Assembly: GCA_050084515.1 (NCBI GenBank)
Contig: CM114271.1
Location: 36,456,001-36,520,000 of the forward strand
From: Blasia pusilla
Lineage: Eukaryota
Direction of reading: 5' to 3'
Length of the DNA: 64,000 nt
Shown one piece after another: positions 12,065-24,059 of the stretch. The notes below the pieces were generated by a model. The model worked only from the letters and a program-made list of their open reading frames with translations, was not told the DNA's origin and searched no databases. The position numbers and the translations under genes are program-made. How positions within the stretch are numbered: position 1 is the first letter of the stretch; each line of letters begins with the position of its first letter.

Positions 12065-12199
12065 TGTTGATACTGTACACTAGTGGATCCGACGCAGGAG
12101 TTAGATAATGGTTATTGCTATTATGAGGGAGTTTGAATCAGGGTTCGGGGAGACAGGCGATTACTGGTAATATGTATAGTTACCCCTTTTTTTTCTTAA

Positions 12200-15100
12200 G
12201 TCATCGGCTCTAGCTGGAAATTTTTATTATCCAGGTTCATTTTCTGGTAAATTTCCATTTTAATCCGTGAAATTCCGAAAATTAAAAAATTTCCGGGCCG
12301 AATTTCCCTCTCGATTCACGGTCACCAACGAGTTTCCGGCTTTTTTTGCATTCACCGGGAAAAATCCGGCCGTTGAAATTTTCGTCAGTAAATTTTCGGC
12401 TAGCAAGTACGGTAGGAAGATTTTCAGCCAGCAAGCAATGTCCTCTCTTTCCCATTCATTCACTATCATCACTCCAACATTCTAAGCAACCCGACTTCCA
12501 ACACTCTACAAAAATTCAACTTCAAAGACCTCATGTCACTTGGTAATAAATCACATATCATTTAGTAAGATATCCTTGGCATGAGTTGAACCTGGTCCCT
12601 CCCACAAGTTGGGAGCCAAGGATCCTCCCCCTCTACAATACTTGGAGCTCCAAAGCTCCAAGTATTCTAAAAGGGCCCTACAAAACCAACAAATCTAAAT
12701 CAAAACATCCTACTTTATAGAAACTCGAGTGTTGTCTCCTTCTACCTCTACTTCTACCTCTAAAGACAAATATTTTTTTGGACTAGCAAAGATATATCTA
12801 AAATGAGCAAAATTTTTCCATAACACAACAGACTCATCCAACAAGTCCTCGTAATCAGAGGAAGGGCCTTCTAAGGAAATCCTCAAAACAGCATCTAAGT
12901 ATTTTGTAGACAACCTATTCCGAGATTTGCTCTTGATCATATTTTGAATGGAGAAAGCTCTCTCGCAAATAGCAGTACTCACACATTGGACTCTAGCAAT
13001 ATTTGCTAAAATCAACAAGTTTGAAAACTTACATTGCAAAGAGGGACTCCAACTTACCATAGCCCATAGGTCCCTAAAGTTGCGATCCTTCCACTCTGTA
13101 GTAGCCATCAGTTTGAAAGACTGAAACTCATGTTTCACAATAGGAGAGTTAATCAAAACAGGTTGCAACTGACCTCTAAGAGGTAATTGGGCTCCAAAGA
13201 AACCACACAAATCATCTAAATCTTTACAGCCCCAACTATTCAATCCCACCTGTCTAGAAGGCATGTGTAAGGGGTTTAGAATTTTCATTGCACCAATAAG
13301 ATGGTTATCTCAAAATCGATCTTGCAAAGCTGAACATACACTTTCAGCAAACCTTTTCTGAAAAAATAATGCAGCCTCCAGATCCCTACATGTGCGATCT
13401 CAAGACATCTCTATACTATGGAACATTTTACCCCTTATCTCAGACTGTAAACGTCAAAGATAGCCACCCGGAGGCCCAAAATCAGGTAAAATGTGATAAC
13501 CTGTGTCTTCAGAGAAGGTCGATGCATTCAAGTCATGTGTTTCCATCACAAAAATTCATAGTGATGGAAGATATCTTGGAATTAACAATGCTTCCTATAG
13601 TGCTAACATCCACAAACTTGTACTGGAAAATCTTGCCCAAATTTGCAAGCATGGAAAGGATATCAGCTAAAAAATATAACTGATAGATCATTTGGAATGA
13701 TCTTAACTTGTTAAATAAATGAGCAGCATTCCCATCATCCTCTGACGGATAAATGTCCCTAAAGTAAATCAACACCGATTCTAGAGAATCACACAATGTG
13801 GAAACGGCTTGCCATCGAGATAACCAACGTATTTTATGGTATCTCTTCATCACTCGCTTGGAATCATTGAACTTTTCCTGCAAAGTGGACATAAGTGTTC
13901 TCCTTTTGGAGGACCTCCTGAAGTAACCAGCAACATAATTGAGAATGGAATCCACTTCACTAGAGATTGCCTTGCAATCAACAACTTTCGCAGCAGACAA
14001 AGCAGCAAGATTTGTCCTATGAGCGACACAATGAACAGATAGAATATAGGGGTTCACCTTTTGCTTCATTTGTGAAGCTACCCCTGTCTCGCTACCTACC
14101 ATTGTCGAGGCACCATCAGAGCCAAAGGCAACCATTTTGGATAATTCCAACCCTCCATCCTTGATGAGTTGTAGCAACATTTCAGTAATAACGTTTAAAG
14201 ACTTTGACTCACACTGAAGTAATCCGAGAAAACAACACTCTGCCTGTCCGTCTTGAATGAAAGTGGCAAACACAACTAAATGACCAGTAACAGATATGTC
14301 TGTGGACTCATCAATCATAATACCAAAAAAGGGAGAAGCCTGAACTCTTGAAAGAGTTCTTCTTAGCAAGACTTGGCTGATGAAATAAGACATTTCGCTG
14401 CAACTCCTTTCATCATGATAAAGATCTCTTGTAATAGGTGCGTTTACAGAAAGAAATAACTTACACAGATTGGGAAATTTCAGAAATGGCATAGCCTCCT
14501 TCGCAAGGAAGTATGCACACTTGAACAATGTTAGGAGGGCTACTTCACAGGTCTGGTTTGTGGTCGCAATGGCCTTGGCCATCGACTTCTTACCTCCATT
14601 AGCAGCCCATGAGAGCTTGATATGCTCATTGGACTTGGCGTGGTCAGTGAACGCAGAGACTTTGCAATTAATTGCCCCATCTTTAGCAAAAGCACTCTTC
14701 CCCTTCCCCTTCCTACAGACTTTAGAGAAAATCCTACCAAGACCTGAATCATAATCAATCCAATCATACATTGAGTACAGCACATCCTTCCACGCAATGC
14801 AAACTTTTTCAAGTAAGGATCCACTACTACCTGACGTAGGTTGTTCATCTTTATCATCGGATGAGCCAGATAATGCAATAATATCTGGCACATCGTTTCG
14901 AGGTCCCTTATCTAAGAATGAACTCATCGTCTTTTGTCTCTTGGCCATAATAACCAATGAACTAGATATGCACGTGAATCAATCTGTCTAAATGAACCCT
15001 AAATCAGACAACGTTTATAGAAGCAAATTCACAACAAAGGCTTGTGCAAAGCTAGTACAGAGAGGTAGTTATGGAAGAAATGCAACATGCGTAGATCTCC

Positions 15101-16707
15101 GAAAGCTTCAAACTCATTCCCCAAGAAGATTTCCAAATAGTGGAAGGAGGACTTCCAAATAGTGGGCACTAGGTAGCGCTTGAGTGGTTCTCGAGGAGTC
15201 ATAAACTCAGCCGAATCTGCATAGTAACAAAAACTGAGAACGAAAATTGAGAACAATTGAGCGGACTCACAAAGCTGCGCAAACACGGCAGAGATGCCGG
15301 CACTTTAGAACTTCCTTAGAGCCGGACTATCATGAAGCCAGGAAGCTAAGAGAGAAGGCACCGCTGCCGAGTCTAGGAGAACAACCTACGGAGTCACGGA
15401 GCCCAACCTGGAGAACAGCCTAGTCCCGAGCTCAACAAAGCTACGGCTTTGTAATGAAGAGCAGTTGCAGCTAGCCGTGGAGCTCCCGAAAGCCAAAACT
15501 TCCTAACTACAAACACAAGTTGCGGATTTGGGGAGCCAATGCAGAAGAGCAACGAACTGAAGACAGTCTATGGAGCGGAGAGAAAACAAGCTGGGAAGCG
15601 TACAAATATGTTGCACACATACAAACTCGCAGAGTCTAAGAGAAGACCACTTGCTTCAATGCAGGTTTGTTGTGGACTGCTTCGAAGTCAGCAATGAGAA
15701 AATGATGATCAGTTGTGGAGAGGGAGGAGTCTAGACTCTAGAGCGTAGCAAAAATCTATGCATCATCGAGCGGCAACAGAGTCGGGTCCTTCTAGGAGAA
15801 TCAGAGCTGCGGAGAGACGGGAACTTGGAGTTTGGGGAGCAGCGAACTGAGCAGAGTCAGGGAGTGAGAAGTCCTGACTCGAGCGAGTATCTGTGTTGCG
15901 CAACTGAGCGAGTATCAACGTCGCCGAGCAGCAATGGAGTCGAAAATTTTGGATCCTTCGGGGAGAGGTAAAGTTGCGGGCCGTGCGGGGAGTCGGAGAG
16001 AGGAGCAACAGACTGAGCGGAGTCGGGGAGAGAGCAGCGAGCGGAGCGGAGCGGGGAGAGAGCATCAGATCGAGTAGAATCACGAACAGAATCGAAGCTA
16101 TGGAGAGTGCGGGGAGTTGGAGCCTCGGAGTCGGGGAGAAAGCAGAGGAGTCGTAGAGAAAAAAGTGAGGAATGAGCTCGGGAGGGCTCGGTCTGAGGGT
16201 ACTACCCCATGGCCCCACATGCTTGTCACCCAGCGGCCCCAGCCGTGTCGCCTCTGCCTTCCCGTCTCGGGCTGCCCCTCCAAAATCTTCTGTTGAAGCC
16301 GTTGGATTTGAGTCGAACGGCTACAATCTTAGGAGAAAGAGTGACGGGCTAGGGTTTGAAATCCTTCCCCCAAATTTGACGGTGACAATCTGCTATGCCT
16401 TTGGAATTCTCATCCAACCATCAGCTGTCTCCTCCAATCCCCTTTGCCAGGTAAGCCTTAAAATAGCCGGCCATCAAAATTCAAATCGGCACTATTCTGG
16501 GAGGCTCATTGTAGGGAGCCTTCGGTTTCTGCTGATTTCAAACGGACGGCGGCTATATCCCGACGACTCTCTGCCGGAATGGGGATACTTTCCGTCATTC
16601 CTCTAGTAGCACCGTCACTTGCCGGATTGGCCCTGTCACTCATCGGAAACCCTGCCGGAACTTTGCTGACCCAAACGGAAAATCGCAAAAACTGCCGGCT
16701 AGCACTA
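12200..16707 (-). mobile_element. hAT DNA transposon, copy 2 (boundaries approximate)
   Basis: Contains the transposase pseudogene. Both flanks have CCGG/CGGAAA-rich subterminal sequence. The right end CGGAAAATCGCAAAAACTGCCGGCTAGCACTA resembles CGGAAAATCTCAAATTTTGCCGGCAGCC at ~2200-2228 of copy 1. The left TIR and TSD were not identified. Confidence 0.5.
12710..14948 (-). pseudogene. hAT (ZNF862-like) transposase, copy 2, near full length
   Basis: MAKRQKTM start, IDESTD, GSDGA, HCVAH, IRWLSRW and C-terminal dimerisation domain CERAFS. There is a +1 frameshift near 13550 and in-frame TGA stops downstream. Confidence 0.92.
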
Positions 16708-18215
16708 CTCGTGACCCAGGATCTGTGAAAACATTGGTTTGAATTGGTCACGCATGATGTACTTTAGTACTTGGGTTAAAGAAAGACGCAAGTATAGTTT
16801 AGACCATGCAACACCACTTTTCTCCATGTAATTGATGGGATTTATTTATGATGGATCTTAAGTGTTTTTCTTGTTCACGGCTTAACTGTATTGTCATGGA
16901 TAGTCTATCACTTCAATTATGACGCTAACTTCTCCCACTCTCACGGTAGATGTAGTCATTTTCATCATGTTATTCATACACACCCAATGTACTCTCTATA
17001 ATCTTCTTGTCATCTCCTAAATTTTCCCACTCATCCATTACTTAGTTTATTTGAAAGTGCCAAGAAGAAAGACATGGAAAAACAAGACGCGGGAGTTGAA
17101 GGACCAAGTTGCGCAATCATATACAAGGTTGGTTGCTAATTGAATGGTTTATAAATTTTGTTGAAGCATGTGAAGGGCAAGGTCTGGGGAGGTTTTTAAT
17201 TTTTGCAAACAATATCCAGGTAGTCTTAAAGTAGGTTGGAGTTTGAAAGTTGGAGGTCGGTGGTGGCCGGTAATAGTAAAAATGGAGGGCGAAAAACTGA
17301 GTTTTTTTTTCTGCACTCGGTCAAAATCCAAATTTTGATTATTTCTTCGGATAATTTTCTGACTATCCTAAAAGTTGTCTGGCTAAGTTCTCGCTGATTT
17401 CAATATAGTCAATGAATTTTTTGGGGTCCCTGTTTGCTTTCTCCATTCATTTCTTCTTTAGTGCTTGTTCTATATCTGATTTCTTAACTCCTTCAAGTTT
17501 GAGAACTTGGGGAATTAGAGAAGCAAGCATAACACTCCTCCCTTCTTGCTTTCAAACAATTTTGCAAGGGTACATTTAAAACTGAATTTCACATTTACTA
17601 AGGAGATCCTTGTCACGAGTTGAACCTGGCCATGCCTCCCAACAAGTTGGGAGCCAAGGATTTTTCCCCTTCAGAATACTTGGGGCTTTAAGGCTCCCAA
17701 ATATTTTGAAGGGGCTCTAAATCTAAACAAGAATGCATAACTTATTTCAAGAAGACAAGTCAATAGAAGTCGTAACGCCTTCAACTTCTACTTGAGGAGA
17801 AAGATATCTTTATGGGTTAGCATACATGTATCTGAAGTTGGCAGAATTTTTCCATAGAACCATAGATTCAGCAAGCATATCCTCATAATCAGTACTAGGG
17901 CCTTCTAAAGCAATTCTGAGAATAGCATCTGAATGCTTACTACCTAGGCTATTCCTACATTTACTCTTTATCATGTTCTGAATTGAGAATGCTCTCTCAC
18001 AAATTGCAATGCTCACACATTGAACCCTCGCAACATTAGCCAACACCAGCAAGTTTGCAAACTTGCATTGTAAAGCTGGACTCCAACTCACCATTGCCCA
18101 TAGATCCTTGAAATTATGATCTTTCCACTCAATTTTTGCCATCGACTTGAAGGATCGGAATTCCTGCTGACAGCAACAACATTTATGATAGAAGGTTGCA
18201 AATGCCCCTTCAGTG

Positions 18216-18694
18216 TGTCACATCTGAGTAGCCGATAGGCCGAGATCTATCGTGGATAGGGCGTAGGAGCCAGCGGACTATCTTGAGTGTAACTTTGTCC
18301 CACAGTGTCGGATGAGGTTGAGGATAGGTCCATTGTGTCAGGAACGTCGTTTTTTATGACTTTCATGTTGAGGTCTTTTACAACCGGGTGACTTGTTGAC
18401 CAGGTCACTGCCCTGGTAACTTTGTCTTGTATGAGTTACCAAGGGAAGGGCTATTTTTAGGGGAAGAGCCTTTTGGCTCTTCCCAACCTATATAAGAGAG
18501 GAAGATGGCTTTCCTAAGCCATCTTTCTCATGTTGGGCCGTTGGAGCACCTCCCTTGTATGTGTGTGAGCTAGGACTAGGGTGCTAGCGTCCGGATTCCT
18601 TGATAGCACAGGGTGGACGAGGCTCGATATGCCGATGTAGATTAAGGAGTGGAGTTTTAGGCCGGGTGTGCCCTTTTTACTACTCTTTATTTTT
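18216..18694 (+). repeat. Terminal repeat A1 (~479 bp), contains TATA box
   Basis: Near-identical to 27258-27734, with TATATAA at 18489-18495. It is not followed by a B repeat. Confidence 0.93.
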
Positions 18695-20039
18695 ACATGA
18701 GAAAGATGGCAGGGGGCTGGTGGGAATTCGTTGTTTGCAGGTAGGCAAGCGAGTTGCCTTGGTCCGGAGCCCCTGGAGACGTGTGTGTGACGTTGTGTGT
18801 CATTTTTTCTGTTCGGAAGGCCGTGGGCGGACGCGCTGTCCGTTTTTCTCAGATTTTGCTGGTGCGGATTGATGGGGGACAACAGCCGAGTGTAGCGTGT
18901 GGTGGGGCGTCGGGTGTACGCAAGTAAGGGTGTCGAGAGAGAAGGAAAGGGCAGGTTTGGGTCTTGCAGCCGCCGGGGGGCTGTCAAGTAAAGGCGGCTA
19001 GGTTAGGTCGCGAAAGCTAGAGTTAGGTCGCGGACGGCAGGGCGCGGACAGCAAGGCGCGGACGGCGCCTTCCCCCCCCTCTCTCTCCCCCGAGGTGGGA
19101 GGCGCGCATAGGTCGCGCCCCCAGCGCATTTAGGGCCCAAGGGGCCCGTGATAGGCCACGGTCCAAAGTTTCCCCCCCCCCCCTCCAACGTGGTAGGAGT
19201 GGATGCAGTTGTAGCGAACGCGGTGGGCATGGGCAATGTGAGGGCAGGGAGGATGTCGACGTGCTGAGTGATTGGCAAGCTGGACAACGGGCGTGACATG
19301 TTGTTTTTGGGGCGCGACAGGGCATTGCGAGAGTTTACGATGGAGGGGCAGTGTGCATAATGCCGACGGGTTGTCCGCATCTGTTGACGGGAGGATCGAC
19401 ATGTTGGTCGAGGGGAGTGTTATGTGGCGGAGATTGTCATATCATGTGGAGGAGTGCATATTGACGGTGCAGCAGGTTGGAGGGCGTGATCAGGTTATCC
19501 ATTCGAGTCCCTTTTCCCGCACTTGTCGTGTGTGATTGAGAGTGCTGGGTATCGGGTAGTAGCTGGTGCTAGATGGGTGCAGTGATGGTGACGAGTGTAG
19601 ATTCTTTTCATGTGTAGCATGTTGGTGGATATACGGCGGTTGCCGAGTAGGGGTCACGTGTATGACCCGAGAATGTGTCGCTAGGTTAGGTGAGTCAGTT
19701 GGGAGGCTCATGGTGAGCCCGAGTGTTGAGCGTGCGTGAGGTCGGGTATGTCATCACGGGATTGACGTTAGCATAGGTGAGCTAGTGAGGCGTGTGGGAG
19801 ACTCTCAGTGAGTCTGAGTGCTTGAGCGGGTGAGACAGGATTTGTCATCACGGCGTTCTTCTAGGGTTCGGAAGAACGGGGTAGTGCGAGCAGTGGTAGT
19901 GGTGTGACACGGAGTGGAGTGAGATACCGAGGGGTTACCAGTGAGGAGCTCCCTCGACATCCATCCGTGACTGGATCGTCATCACTGGACACTGGGTCTG
20001 GTGACGAGATCACCGAAAGAGACAGTAGTACTTGGCAGG

Positions 20040-21100
20040 AGATGGACGACATGGGCCATCGGGGCATCGTCATTTTCGGTGCAATGGGCACCATCGACTT
20101 AGATGATTTCATCCAGGAGTTCGACACATGGTGCGACTTCCAGGAGATACGGACCGACACGGTTCAACCCTTTCATGGCATGGAAGGGGTTGTTCCAAAG
20201 ATTTGGAGGGTCCTCCGATGGATGACTACATGGAGTTTCGATCACTATATTCAGTAGAGATCGATGACCTGGAGGATGTATCTTGGGCTCAGGGAATGTG
20301 TCCACTAGTGGTCGCGAGGCATATGATGGGATTGTGAGAGGAGAGAGACCCACACTATCAGCCCAGGAGACTAGATGGAGAGGAGGGCAAAGTGAGACAG
20401 GCGATATGGCGAGACCTCTCGGTGGTAGAGGGCCACCCACTTTAGCCCACACGGTGGAGTTCTTCCGGCAGTTGGGGAAGAGCTACCAGGGCGTGCATGC
20501 ACCGACAAGCTGAAGAGTCTCAGGATTTTCAGCGACGATCGGGTGAGAGTCGAGAGAGGCCTTCACACGCATGAGGAGGCTGATCATTGCTACGTTTGGA
20601 GTGATCGAGGCGCAGCCATCCAGATTGGTCTGGGTTCGGACCGAGAACTACGGAAGAGAGTCCGAGATGCGGTCTTGATTCACACAAATGGAAGCCCACA
20701 TTGAAGGTGATCTTTGAGTTGTCGAGCGTATTGAGCTCAACATGAGTGAGGAGCGGTAGTGACCGCTGGATTTTCTCGAGATACGACGGGTCCCAGCGGC
20801 GGTGACCCCACAAAGTGCCACCGAGCACCGATACCACGGAGCGGGCAAGTGTGCCTAGAGAGCAAGCGGGTACCGTGAGCCTATTAGGCAACGACCGCAC
20901 CTACATATGTTGCCTGCAGTGGACCGATGTGGTCTTGTTGGGCGTGTGGAGGGGCCCATAGGCAGAGAGGCGCCACAAGCATGGGGAGAGGATCACGGCG
21001 CCTCCAATTGCGCAGAGAGCCACGAGGATGGCCCCACCACAACACCTGTGTGACCATTGCCCAGATATGGTCACACTAGGGATAGATGTTTTGACCTTCG
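20040..21100 (+). pseudogene. gag-like region with CCHC zinc knuckle (frameshifted)
   Basis: DLDDFIQEFDTWCD near 20095, and C-D-H-C-x-RYG-H-TRDR-C at ~21049-21089 with a 1-nt frameshift. Confidence 0.65.
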
Positions 21101-22729
21101 CCGAGGGGCACGCCCGTCAGGTAGGCCGAGGGCCTGGGGCGGCCGCCCTGGAGGAGGTCGGGGAGTTCTTCTGGGCGTGGTGGTAGAGGACCACCACCAG
21201 CCAGAGGAGATGGAGCAAGAGCACCAGAGCTGGCGCTTCTCTCACGCATCGATCAGTTGGAGCAGAGGATTGTTGCCATGACGATGATGCGGCTTAGGGA
21301 AGGCACGGAGCTCGGCGACTAGTGTGACTCGGTCTCTACCTCTTACCCACGACCGGGTGAGGATCTCGCCAATATGGGATTCATGTGTAGTGCAGCCCAG
21401 GTTGAGGCAGTTGCAGGGGTGACTCGAGGTGCTGCGTGAGGCACCGAGCCATCGAGAGGTGGAGTTGAGATTGACCCACCAGAGGGGACCGATGGGCGGC
21501 AGCCAGGGTTCCCTGATCGTTCACATTGTCGGAGGCACTACACACACCATCGATGGTGCCTCGACAACCAGCGGTGCCTCTGATTCGAGGCACCTCGTCG
21601 GCGTCACGAGGAGTTGGAGTGACAACTCCTATGCCGGCTCGAGTGGAGTCGTGTCGACTATAGTGTTGGAGGTGGCCACTAGAGTGAGTCGACTCGCTAT
21701 TTTCCGCCTTAGAGTTGGCGGCGTTGGGAGTTGGACCGGTGAGGTGTTCGGTTGGGCGCCACGTTGTGTGAGCGTGGAGAGATGAGCGCTTCTTGTTCAG
21801 AGGTAGTTGAGGAGGTGGTGGACTTGCCCTCGAGCCGGTGCTTGGGGCGTTCCCCACGAGTCATGGCATCGCGCGGCGGCAAAGTTGGTAGATATGCCTT
21901 TCGACCGGCCATAGAGCGGCAAAGTGGTGACACTGGAGTAGTGTTCTTTGGATAATCGAGCTAGAGTATTTCGCTTGGTTAGTCGGAGGGGACAAGATAT
22001 ACCACCCAGTAGCGTCCCTACTTGATTCAGAGCGCAACCCTTGATGTTAGGGAAGGCGGCGTGTTTAGCATTGGGGTTCGGAAGGCCGACATTGAGCCTT
22101 GTCCCTTCCAAATACATACCTCGATTGGGGGCGTATCACCCACTCAGTATATGACTCGACAGGAGATTGTTGTGAGAGTCCAGCCAGAGCATGCGACGGA
22201 TAGTGCTATGGTGCGCACACGCGTGCGATTACGACACCCGGTGAGTTATGCGATGTGTTGGTGGGGAGTCTGATGTTATATCCCCTAGATTCATCCTTGA
22301 CCGGGAGGAGACCGTTGCTTATCGGCCAAGATGGCGGTCAGGTGACGGTCGGATGAGTCAGTTACCCGTGCAGTTTGCGGGACGAGGTGGTCGATCACGA
22401 GGCGAGTCTGTGACCACGTTGGCGGCTTTCACAAGTAGTGTTAGCTGGCCAGGAGAGTTGTTGGAGGGGAACGCACATGCGGAGGATGTCCTAGTAGCGG
22501 ATAGTCCCACGGAGAGACAGGCCATGGCGGGTGTCTCTTCCCATGTTAGCGATGCCTCTTCACCATTATGGGGTACGACTCGAGAGCTACAGAGGAGTGC
22601 CGACGACCTCGTGAGGCAGGCGTGGAGTCATGTTTTTATCCTAGAGCAGCGAGAGTCACGTGGCGATCGGGCTCTTGGAGTGGAGACGATGACCCCACTA
22701 GATACCACACATTGTGTGGCGGTGCCTGA

Positions 22730-23680
22730 AGGAGGGTGTTAGGGTGTTGGATCTCTTTGAGGGATTAGCACCGGATTGGCCGCCATATTGCGGCGGGCAT
22801 ACGGGTGCATCATACCTTTATGTGGAGAGAGATGAGACCCGCGCGGCGAGTATCATTACGCCACGTGGCGAGGTTGGTCCAGAGGTATCCGAGTTGTTGT
22901 CGGTATCTGCAGATGACGGGATACCAAAGATACGCTATCCGCCGACATATCTTTGGTGGGAGCGCAGATCTCGGATAGAGTTGGCACCATTCATTTGGTG
23001 ATTCTTTGGATCGCCATGTTAGGGTCATTCATCACTGGCCGAGGATTTGGATTACGGGATCCGAGGTCGGGATGTTTTGGGAGATCTTCGCGAGTAGTAC
23101 AACACTTGCGGGAGAGTCGATATGTTCTCCAAAGATACATTTTGGAGAACGTGCGTTGTTGGGAGATACTCGTGCACGTGTGATGACGAGTGTATATCGT
23201 GTGAGTCTGGTTGGGACCTTTGTGTTGTTAGATGCAGCGAGAGTTGGGTCACGTGCCCATCGCCCACGATCGTGGTGGACGAACCTAATACCATCGAGAG
23301 GTACCGAGTCAAGCCTACGTTGGAGTCAGAGAGCACCACATCTCACAATGGATGCTATTTTGGACTCGGGCGTCGATCTCGGTGGTGACACGCTGATGAT
23401 AGACCACCGTTGGCCACGGCCAATACGGGTGGGGGAGTTGAGGGCAGCCTTACCTCGTTGGTGAGCTTCCCAAAGCATCCCATGCCTTTTGTCGGGAGGG
23501 CGGGCATGATTTGGGATGAGGTGACCGGAGTATTGGAGGAGCCTCAGCAGATGATGAGCGAGCGAGCGCCATGGGGTTCACTACGGTACTACGGGCGGTG
23601 CCGAGGGATGATTGAGGCATCATGGAGACAGTGTTGGGGCGGCGATGGACCTCAAGCTGTCTCACATGGATAGTCACCTA
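22730..23680 (+). pseudogene. DNMT3-like cytosine-5 methyltransferase domain in retrotransposon copy 1
   Basis: Motif I VRVLDLFEG, motif IV GSPC*G (to 23022), motif VI YILENV, motif VIII DAARVGSRAHRPRSWWTNLIP, and motif IX/X remnants at 23535-23670. Several frameshifts. Confidence 0.85.
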
Positions 23681-24059
23681 GGTATGGCGGCAGAGACGGA
23701 TGCGAGTGTCATCCATCCGTCACGTCCACGAAGTTGGATCACGCCTCACGTGGTCTGAGGCATTGGTGGGGCGAGACAAGGAAAGATAGGCACCCATGGA
23801 CTTCTGGGGACGTCGTTCGAGCGAGAGAGTGCGGCGGCTAGAGTAGCACATGTTCATTTTTTGGATGTGGAGCATGGTGTAGGAGGTCGAGTGGAGTGGT
23901 CATTTGCGGAGGTGGCTAGGGGTTGCTATATAGCAACCAAAGCCGGAGGTTGCGTCCTCTCCGAGTGAGGTCACGATGGAGACTTGGGAGCTGTGATAGG
24001 TCTCAAGTTGATAGGAGAGAGAGACGGCAGCGAGTTCATAGGTTTCGAGAGGGCATGTC

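Noticed and set aside
18707-18730. TGGCAGGGGGCTGGTGGGAATTCG as a tRNA PBS
   Set aside because: It lies 12 nt from the repeat end, and the spacing between TGG and the T-loop complement does not fit a tRNA 3' end. It cannot be fully excluded without the host tRNA set.
22730-23680. Bacterial restriction-modification methyltransferase or contamination
   Set aside because: The domain is integral to a retrotransposon polyprotein in two copies, and its motifs are DNMT3-like.
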